Shown: positions 57,159-64,000 of the stretch, piece by piece
Layout: the number at the start of each line of letters is the position of its first letter
Numbering within the stretch: the stretch's first letter is position 1
Source: Candidatus Methylomirabilia bacterium
GTDB lineage: Bacteria > Methylomirabilota > Methylomirabilia > Rokubacteriales > CSP1-6
Direction: 5' to 3'
NCBI GenBank assembly: GCA_041492755.1
Contig: JBGPXN010000002.1
Span: 22,077 to 86,076 of the forward strand
Length of the DNA stretch: 64,000 nt
The notes under the pieces: model-generated
What the model saw: only the letters and a program-made list of their open reading frames with translations
Databases searched by the model: none
What the model was told of the DNA's origin: nothing
Position numbers and translations under genes: made by a program

Positions 57159-59993
57159 ATGCGCGCGCCGCGCGCGTCCGATCTGCTGATGTCAGAGCCC
57201 TTCGCCGACGTCGATTCCGCCTGGTGGTCCGAGCCGCCGGCGTCGCTGCCGCTCGGCGCGCCGTTCCGTCCGGGTCTCGATCCTCTTCCGGCGTGGCAGG
57301 AGGCCTGGGCAGTGGTGAAAGACCGTCTGGGCCGCCCCGCGCACGGCGACCCGCGTGAGGCGCTCCGTCGCGTGACGATTCCCGTCGCGCCGCCGGGACC
57401 GAACGAGGCGCTCGGCTACGTGCTCTACGCGGGGCTGACGTACAACACGGTCTTCGCCGCGCGCGGCGTGCCGATCTCCGTGTTCGACCTCCACGACCAC
57501 GACCTCCACGTCCCCGGCAGCGGCGCCGTCGTGCTGGTGGCGGCGGTGGGCAGCGAAGTGGCGCGCGAGGGGCGGGTGAAGGTCGACGAGCTGCGCGTGC
57601 TCTATCCCGGCGTGTCGAATCTGCTGGCGCCGCGCGCCGGTGAGGACCCGATGCACGCCGACTTCAAGATCCAGGGTTACGAGACGCCGGACGGATCGTT
57701 CGTCCAGTTCGTCCGCTGCCAGGCACCGCAGCTCCTCGCGCATCCGGCGCCGCTGACGCTGGCCGAGGCGTCGTCGTTCATGCTCGACCTCGAAACGGTC
57801 TACAAGGCGCTCTACGACGTGGCGCGCCTGCAGCCCGGCGAGCGCGTGCTCGTGGAAGGCGCGGCCGGCGGCACCGGTATCTACGCCGTCGCGTGCGGCG
57901 TGCTGCGGGGCGCGGTCGTCACGGGCCTGGTGTCGAGCGAGGCCAAGGGCCGGCTGGTCCAGAGCCGCGGCGGTCGGGCGTGGATCAACCGGCTGGACGC
58001 CGAGCTGGCCGGTGTCTTCGCGCCGGTGCCCGTCGACGCTGAGGCGCGGTCAGCCTGGCAGCAGCGCAGCGCGAGCTTCGAGAGCGCCGTCCGCGCCCGC
58101 AACGACGGCGCGCTCGTGGACGTCGTCGTCTCCTCGGTTGGCCGCGATCTGTTCCCGCGCATGGTCGAGGTCCTCGCGCCCGACGGTCGTCTCGTGTTCT
58201 ACGGCGCGACGAGCGGCTACACCCTGACGTTCCTGGGCAAGCGCGGCACGGCGCCCGCCGCCGAGATGCTGGCCCGTGCCGACCTGCGACCCCACGCCGG
58301 TGTCCTCGTGTACTACGGCATGGCGGGTGACGACGACGCCGTCGGTCGGGAGATCATCGCCGCCGCGACCAGAGCGGGCGCCCGCGTCGTGGCCGCGACC
58401 CGCACCGACGCCCAGGCGGCGCGGCTCGCCGGCGCGGGCGTGACGGGAACGGTGAGTCTCGAGATGCTCGCGCGGACGCAGCGCCTCGTCTGGCCCGCCG
58501 CCATGCCGGACTACGACGTCGACCCCGACGGCTATCGCCGCTATCAGGACGCCACGCTCAAGCCGTTCGGTCAGGCTGTGGGACGTCTTCTCGCCACGCG
58601 CGACAATCCCCGCGGCAACCCCGACGTCGTCGTGGAACGCGGCGGTCAGGACACGCTCGGCATCAGCACGTTCCTGTGCCGGCCGCACACCGGCCGCGTC
58701 GTGTACTGCGAGGCCACCGACGGCCAGCGCCTGTCCTTCTACGCGCCCAACGTCTGGATGCACCAGAAGCGCATCCTGTTCCCGGGCTTCGCCATCCTCG
58801 GCAGTCACCTGTCCAACGCCCACCAGGCCGAGGAAGTCGTGCGGCTCCTCGACGCGGGTGCGCTGGCCGTGCATCCACCGGCCATCGAGGACTGGGATGG
58901 GCTCGCCGAGGCGCACCAGGCGATCTACGAGAACCGGCACGCGGGGACCATCACCGTCCGCGTCGGCGCGGGCGCCGTGCTGGACGCCGCGCGCTCCGGG
59001 CGGGAAATCTACACGGCGTGGGGCTCGCGCTTCCACGACGGTGGCATCGTCCACACGCGTGTGGATCCCGTGCGCCCCGGGATGGCCGAGTACGTCGCGC
59101 TCGTGACGATCGATCTGCCGCCGGCGAACACGATCGGGCCGCAGACCCTCGACGAGCTGGAAGTTGCGCTCGACCGGCTCGAGCGCGAGCCCGGCCTGCG
59201 CGCCGTGGTGCTCACGGGCGCCGGGACGATGTTCGTCGCCGGCGCCGACGTTCGCCAGCTTCGTGCCTTCGCCACGGCCGGCGAAGTCGAAGCGTTCGCG
59301 AGCCGCGCGCAGCGCGTGTTCGGCCGTCTCGGGCGGTTGAAGGCGCCGGTCGTCTCCGCGGTCGACGGCTACGCGCTCGGTGGCGGCAACGAGCTCCAGA
59401 TGGCCTGCGCCTACCGCGTCGCCTCCGCGCGCGCCGAGCTGGGACAGCCCGAGATCAACCTCCACGTGCTGCCCGGATTCGGCGGCACGCAGATGCTGCC
59501 GCGCCTGGCCGTGCACCACGCGCACGCCGCCGGCGGCCAGCTCTACCCGGCGCTCGCCCAGGCCCTCGCGGTCCTGCTCGATGGACGACGGCGAAGCGCG
59601 GAGACGGCGCACGCGCTCGGCTTCGTCGACGAAGTCGCCCCGGCCGACGCGCTCTCGCATTCGCTCGGCATCGCGCGCCGCATCGCGCTCGGCGAGTTCC
59701 GCGGACGGCTCGGCTCGCCGCTCGCGCAGTCGACCACGCTGGCGTTTCCCAACGTCGAGCGTGACGCGGACGTCCAGCGGATGCTCGCCCACCACGACGC
59801 CGTGCCGCGGGGCGCGGCCGCGCGCGCCATCGTGGAGGCCGTGCGCATCGGCCTCACCGAGGGGCTCGAGGCCGGCCTCAAGGCCGAGGCGCGCCTGTTC
59901 GGCGAGCTGGTCGCCTCCGCGGATGGTCGCGCCGGCATCGATCGCTTCTTCGCCCGCCGCTCGCTGCCGCTGCCGCTCCGCGCGCGCGACTAG
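57159..59993 (+). CDS. Enoyl-CoA reductase (propionyl-CoA synthase reductase-domain-like) fused to a C-terminal enoyl-CoA hydratase
   Basis: PNEAL.Y...G.PISVFD.HD; DPMHADFKIQGYETPDGS; VEGAAGGTG; LKPFG.AVG...NPRG.PD; SFYAP.VWM.Q. Then crotonase FVAGADV, ALGGGNELQMAC and GQPEINL..LPG.GGTQ.LPR. Confidence 0.8.
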   Translation: MRAPRASDLLMSEPFADVDSAWWSEPPASLPLGAPFRPGLDPLPAWQEAWAVVKDRLGRPAHGDPREALRRVTIPVAPPGPNEALGYVLYAGLTYNTVFAARGVPISVFDLHDHDLHVPGSGAVVLVAAVGSEVAREGRVKVDELRVLYPGVSNLLAPRAGEDPMHADFKIQGYETPDGSFVQFVRCQAPQLLAHPAPLTLAEASSFMLDLETVYKALYDVARLQPGERVLVEGAAGGTGIYAVACGVLRGAVVTGLVSSEAKGRLVQSRGGRAWINRLDAELAGVFAPVPVDAEARSAWQQRSASFESAVRARNDGALVDVVVSSVGRDLFPRMVEVLAPDGRLVFYGATSGYTLTFLGKRGTAPAAEMLARADLRPHAGVLVYYGMAGDDDAVGREIIAAATRAGARVVAATRTDAQAARLAGAGVTGTVSLEMLARTQRLVWPAAMPDYDVDPDGYRRYQDATLKPFGQAVGRLLATRDNPRGNPDVVVERGGQDTLGISTFLCRPHTGRVVYCEATDGQRLSFYAPNVWMHQKRILFPGFAILGSHLSNAHQAEEVVRLLDAGALAVHPPAIEDWDGLAEAHQAIYENRHAGTITVRVGAGAVLDAARSGREIYTAWGSRFHDGGIVHTRVDPVRPGMAEYVALVTIDLPPANTIGPQTLDELEVALDRLEREPGLRAVVLTGAGTMFVAGADVRQLRAFATAGEVEAFASRAQRVFGRLGRLKAPVVSAVDGYALGGGNELQMACAYRVASARAELGQPEINLHVLPGFGGTQMLPRLAVHHAHAAGGQLYPALAQALAVLLDGRRRSAETAHALGFVDEVAPADALSHSLGIARRIALGEFRGRLGSPLAQSTTLAFPNVERDADVQRMLAHHDAVPRGAAARAIVEAVRIGLTEGLEAGLKAEARLFGELVASADGRAGIDRFFARRSLPLPLRARD

Positions 59994-59998
59994 TCAAC

Positions 59999-60061
59999 AT
60001 CGGGGGGAGCGACCACCGCGTTCAATCATGATCGGGGGGAGCGACCACCGCTCCCCCCGAT
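59999..60061. repeat. 21-bp direct repeat whose second copy forms a 13-bp hairpin
   Basis: ATCGGGGGGAGCGACCACCGC at 59999 and 60031; ATCGGGGGGAGCG-ACCAC-CGCTCCCCCCGAT. Confidence 0.7.
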
Positions 60062-60230
60062 GCCCCTCACTGGCGGAACCAAAGCGGGATTGCGCCGGCG
60101 GAGCCGGCGCTCGGACGCGCGACGGTGTTGAGCGTTTCCACGATCCTTCAGTTGCCACCGTTTGTCTCACTCCGAAACGACGTGTATCCAAACGTTGACA
60201 CTTGCGCGCCAGGCGTGACAGCGTGGGCGT

Positions 60231-60734
60231 GTGCGAGTCCGGCCGTGGCCGCTGTTCTGGGTGGTCGCCGTCCTGGCCGTTCTTGTCGGTCTCCTCCCGA
60301 CAGTCGGTCTGGCGCCGACCGCGGGCGATCCTCGGCGGCTGGACGGTACCGTCGTCAAGGTCGTTGATGGCGACACCATCCACGTGCAGGTCAACGGCCG
60401 CGTGGAGAAGGTCCGCTACATCGGCGTCAACACCCCTGAGGTTCATCACCCGACGAAGGGCGAAGAATTCGGCGGTCGAGAGGCCGCCGCGGTCAACCGT
60501 GATCTCGTCACCGGGCAGCACGTCCGGCTCGAGCTCGACGTCCAGGAGCGCGACCGCTACGGCCGCCTCCTCGCGTACGTGTGGGTCGGCGAGGTGATGA
60601 TCAACGCCGAGCTCGTGCGCCGGGGCTACGCGCAGGTGATGACGGTGCCGCCGAACGTGCGCCACCAGTCGATGTTCCTCGCGCTGCAGCGCGAGGCGCG
60701 CCAGGCTGGCCGCGGGCTCTGGCGGAAGGCCTAG
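60231..60734 (+). CDS. Thermonuclease (SNase) family protein
   Basis: VVDGDTI; VRYIGVNTPE; DRYGRLLAYVW; NAELVRRGYA; AR..GRGLW. Confidence 0.93.
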   Translation: MRVRPWPLFWVVAVLAVLVGLLPTVGLAPTAGDPRRLDGTVVKVVDGDTIHVQVNGRVEKVRYIGVNTPEVHHPTKGEEFGGREAAAVNRDLVTGQHVRLELDVQERDRYGRLLAYVWVGEVMINAELVRRGYAQVMTVPPNVRHQSMFLALQREARQAGRGLWRKA

Positions 60735-60952
60735 CCGGCCGCCGCCCGCGCGCGCACCTCGTCCATCCCGCCCACGAAGTCGAACGCCTGTTCCGGCAGA
60801 TGGCGAAACGCAGAGCCATGGCGTCCCTCGCGCGCAATTTGCGCCAGTTCGCGCGCGCCCGTATCATACGACCAGGCAGCACGCGGCGTTGGAACGCGCC
60901 GCCGGCGCATCACTCGGCGCTCGAACCTCACGCCACCCACTCGAGGGAGAGC

Positions 60953-63900
60953 ATGGCGATCACGCGCGACTTCAGTCTGGACGCCAAGTACCGGCAGGAC
61001 GAGGGCACCGTGTTCCTTTCGGGGATCCAGTCCCTCGTGCGGTTGCCGCTGGACCAGCACCGCGCCGACCGTCGCCGCGGCCTCAACACCGCCACGCTGA
61101 TCTCGGGCTACCGCGGCTCGCCCCTCGGCGGGTTCGACCTCACGCTCGAGCGCAACGGCGGGCTTCTCAAGGACCACAACGTGGTCTTCATCTCGGGCGT
61201 GAACGAGGACCTTGGCGCCACCGCGATCTACGGCAGCCAGCTCGCCGGTCTGTTCCCCAAGCCGAAGTACGACGGTGTCCTCGGCATGTGGTACGGCAAG
61301 GGGCCCGGCGTCGACCGCACGGGTGACGTCTTCAAGCATGCCAACTACGCCGGCGTCGGGCGCAACGGTGGCGTCCTGGCGCTCGGCGGCGACGATCCGG
61401 TGTCCAAGTCGTCCACGCTGCCGACGCACTCCGAGGTGGCGTTCTACGACGCGCTCTTCCCAGTGGTCTTCCCCGGCAACTGCCAGGAGATCCTCGACCT
61501 CGGGCGCTACGCCTTCGAGCTGTCCCGGTACTCGGGGCTCTGGGTCGGGTTCAAGATCGTCACCAACGTCGCCGACGAGGTGAGCACTACCGAGGTCTCG
61601 CCCGACCGCGTGCGCATCGTCGATCCCGGCTTCACGATCGACGGCAAGCCCTGGCGGCACTCGCAGAATCCGATGCTGCTGCCCCCGTTCAGCCTCGAGC
61701 TCGAGCGCGAGGTTCACTACGGACGCCTGGAAGCGGCCAAAATCTTCGGGGCCGCGCACCCGATCAACCAGATCACGGTCCCGACGCCGAACGCCTGGCT
61801 GGGTATCGCCGCGGCCGGCAAGACCTACTACGACCTGAGGGAAGCGCTGCTCGACCTCGGCCTCGACGACGCGGCGCTGCGCCGTTACGGCGTCCGGCTG
61901 CTGCGCGTCGGCATGCTCTTCCCGATGGAGCCGGGGATCGTCCGCGAGTTTGCGCGCGGCCTGGAGGAGATCCTCGTCGTCGAGGAGAAGCGCGCCTTCG
62001 TCGAGATGTTCCTGCGTGACGTGCTCTACAACCAGGCCGATCGCCCGCTCGTGGTCGGCAAGCGCGACCTCGAGGGCCGGCCGCTGGTGCCGGCCAACGG
62101 CGAGCTCGACGCCGACCGCATTGCCCAGATCGTGGCGTCACGGCTCGAGCGGCGCGTCCATCTCGAATCGGTGACGGCGCGGGTGGCCCTGCTGGAGGCG
62201 CTGCGCGAGCGGCCGGCGCCGGTGACGTTGATGCGGTTGCCGTTCTTCTGCTCGGGCTGCCCGCACAATCGCTCGACCGTCGTGCCCGAGGGTTCGATGG
62301 CGGGCGGCGGCATCGGCTGTCACGGCATGGCGTTGCTCATGCCCGAGCGCAACACCGTCGGCACGACCCAGATGGGCGGCGAGGGCGGGCAGTGGGTGGG
62401 CATGGCCCCGTTCACCGACACGCCGCACATCTTCCAGAACCTCGGCGACGGGACGTTCTTCCACTCCGGCTCGCTCGCCATCCGCCAGGCCGTCGCCGCG
62501 GGCACGCACATGACGTACAAGATCCTCTACAACTCCGCGGTGGCCATGACGGGCGGCCAGGATGCCGCGGGCGCCATGCCGGTGCCGGAGTTGACGCGGC
62601 TGCTGGATGCCGAGGGCGCCAAGCGGATCATCGTCACCACCGACGAGCCCGACAAGTACCCGAAAGACACCCGCTGGGGGCGTGGCGTCGAGGTGTGGCA
62701 TCGCGACCGGCTCGACGACGCCCAGCGCCTGCTGCGCGACACGCCCGGCGTGACCGTGTTGATCCACGATCAGCGCTGCGCGGCCGAGAAGCGCCGCCTG
62801 CGCAAGCGGGGCAAGCTGGAGGATCCGGCGCTGCGGGTGTTCATCAACGAAGCCGTGTGCGAGGGCTGCGGCGACTGCGGGGTGAAGTCCAACTGCCTGT
62901 CGGTGCAGCCGGTGGACACGGAGTTCGGCCGCAAGACCCAGATCCACCAGTCGTCCTGCAACAAGGACTACTCGTGCCTCAACGGCGACTGCCCGTCGTT
63001 CCTGACCGTCACGCCGCTGGGCGCGCCGAGAAAGAAAGAGAAGACGCGTTTCACGGTGGATCGTTCGTTGCCCGAGCCGGTGCTGAACGTGCCCGCCGAG
63101 TGCAACGTGTTCATGCTCGGCATCGGCGGCACCGGTGTCGTCACCGTGAACCAGATCCTCGGCACGGCGGCGCTGCTCGACGGCAAGAGCGTGCGCGGGC
63201 TGGATCAGACCGGTCTCAGCCAGAAGGGCGGACCGGTCGTCTCCCATCTCAAGATCTTTCCGGCCACCACCGCCGAGGTGTCCAACAAGATCGGTGCGGG
63301 GCGGGCCGACTGCTACCTCGGGTTCGACGTGCTGGTCGCGACGTCGCAGGTGAACCTCGACCACGCGAGCCCGGACCGCACGATCGCCGTCGTCTCGACC
63401 AGCCAGGTGCCGACCGGCGCGATGATCACGCACACCGACGTGCAGTTTCCGGAATCGAGCGGCCTGCGACTGTCCATCGATCGCGTCACCCGCAAGGACG
63501 ACAACGTCTACCTCGACGCGCTCGGGCTCGCCGAGACGTTGTTCGAGGACCACATGGCGTCCAACATGCTCGTCCTCGGCGCCGCCTACCAGGCGGGCGC
63601 CATTCCGGTCAGCGCGGCCGCGATCGAGGAAGCCATCACGCTGAACGGCGTGGCAGTCGGGATGAACACGCAGGCCTTCCGCGCCGGCCGCCTCGTGGTC
63701 GCCGATCCGGCCTGGGTGACGACGGTGCGTCGCGAGCGCGTCGGCGCGGTGGAGGCCGTCGCCCAGCTCACGCCGGAGGCGCGCGCGCTGATCGATGCGA
63801 CCGGCGCCACCGGTGAGCTCCGCCGGCTGCTCGAGATCCGGGTACCGGAGCTCGTCGCGTACCAGGACGCGGCGTACGCGCGGGAGTACGTGGACGTCGT

Positions 63901-64000
63901 GAAGCGTGTGGCGGCCGCGGAGCGCACGGCGATGCCGGGGGAGACGCGCTTGAGCGAGGCGGTGGCGCGGTATCTCTTCAAGCTCATGGCCTACAAGGAC
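60953..64000 (+). CDS. Indolepyruvate:ferredoxin oxidoreductase family, fused form (runs off the window end)
   Basis: Manual translation: MAITRDFSLDAKY...SGYRGSPLGG; GVNEDLGAT; WYGKGPGVDR; FCSGCPHN; GDGTFFHSG; CEGCGDC; GIGGTGVVT; KLMAYKD. Confidence 0.92.
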   Translation, partial: MAITRDFSLDAKYRQDEGTVFLSGIQSLVRLPLDQHRADRRRGLNTATLISGYRGSPLGGFDLTLERNGGLLKDHNVVFISGVNEDLGATAIYGSQLAGLFPKPKYDGVLGMWYGKGPGVDRTGDVFKHANYAGVGRNGGVLALGGDDPVSKSSTLPTHSEVAFYDALFPVVFPGNCQEILDLGRYAFELSRYSGLWVGFKIVTNVADEVSTTEVSPDRVRIVDPGFTIDGKPWRHSQNPMLLPPFSLELEREVHYGRLEAAKIFGAAHPINQITVPTPNAWLGIAAAGKTYYDLREALLDLGLDDAALRRYGVRLLRVGMLFPMEPGIVREFARGLEEILVVEEKRAFVEMFLRDVLYNQADRPLVVGKRDLEGRPLVPANGELDADRIAQIVASRLERRVHLESVTARVALLEALRERPAPVTLMRLPFFCSGCPHNRSTVVPEGSMAGGGIGCHGMALLMPERNTVGTTQMGGEGGQWVGMAPFTDTPHIFQNLGDGTFFHSGSLAIRQAVAAGTHMTYKILYNSAVAMTGGQDAAGAMPVPELTRLLDAEGAKRIIVTTDEPDKYPKDTRWGRGVEVWHRDRLDDAQRLLRDTPGVTVLIHDQRCAAEKRRLRKRGKLEDPALRVFINEAVCEGCGDCGVKSNCLSVQPVDTEFGRKTQIHQSSCNKDYSCLNGDCPSFLTVTPLGAPRKKEKTRFTVDRSLPEPVLNVPAECNVFMLGIGGTGVVTVNQILGTAALLDGKSVRGLDQTGLSQKGGPVVSHLKIFPATTAEVSNKIGAGRADCYLGFDVLVATSQVNLDHASPDRTIAVVSTSQVPTGAMITHTDVQFPESSGLRLSIDRVTRKDDNVYLDALGLAETLFEDHMASNMLVLGAAYQAGAIPVSAAAIEEAITLNGVAVGMNTQAFRAGRLVVADPAWVTTVRRERVGAVEAVAQLTPEARALIDATGATGELRRLLEIRVPELVAYQDAAYAREYVDVVKRVAAAERTAMPGETRLSEAVARYLFKLMAYKD

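Noticed and set aside
59999..60061. CRISPR array
   Set aside because: There are only two 21-bp repeats with an 11-bp gap and no cas genes; no array was found anywhere in the window.

Overview
GC-rich bacterial chromosomal segment. The gene content suggests Ca. Rokubacteria/Methylomirabilota, which is inference only. Left to right: a beta-propeller protein, then a decaying toxin-antitoxin islet (two DUF4160/DUF2442 pairs, a hicB pseudogene and a helicase fragment) ending in an internally deleted tRNA-Val. Next is a complete periplasmic Nitrospira/anammox-type nitrite oxidoreductase/nitrate reductase operon (diheme-c/EB_dh gamma fusion, alpha, small ORF, beta, chaperone, Cys-rich ORF), convergent with CBS-USP/ald/USP stress genes; both blocks carry the same FNR-like palindrome. 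Then come a sigma-54 activator, propionyl-CoA synthetase, a TPR/beta-barrel gene facing a 1,547-aa FecR-repeat exoprotein, and tRNA-Asp. These are followed by housekeeping and envelope genes, including a trypsin-TM-rhodanese-cNMP fusion, a pilin, an M1 peptidase, a pentaheme cytochrome and ggt. The best candidate for an undescribed system is at ~44.4-57.1 kb. It is a RiPP-like cassette: S24/S26 peptidase, HPr-kinase-like protein, PqqD/RRE, an unannotated 52-aa precursor (YxxP leader, ALA|C site, two Cys), a radical SAM/SPASM enzyme and a nucleotidyltransferase, interleaved with two giant secreted repeat proteins. The window ends with a propionyl-CoA-synthase-like reductase-hydratase fusion in inverted domain order, a thermonuclease and a truncated indolepyruvate oxidoreductase. 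All product calls come from motif recognition by eye; no database searches were run.
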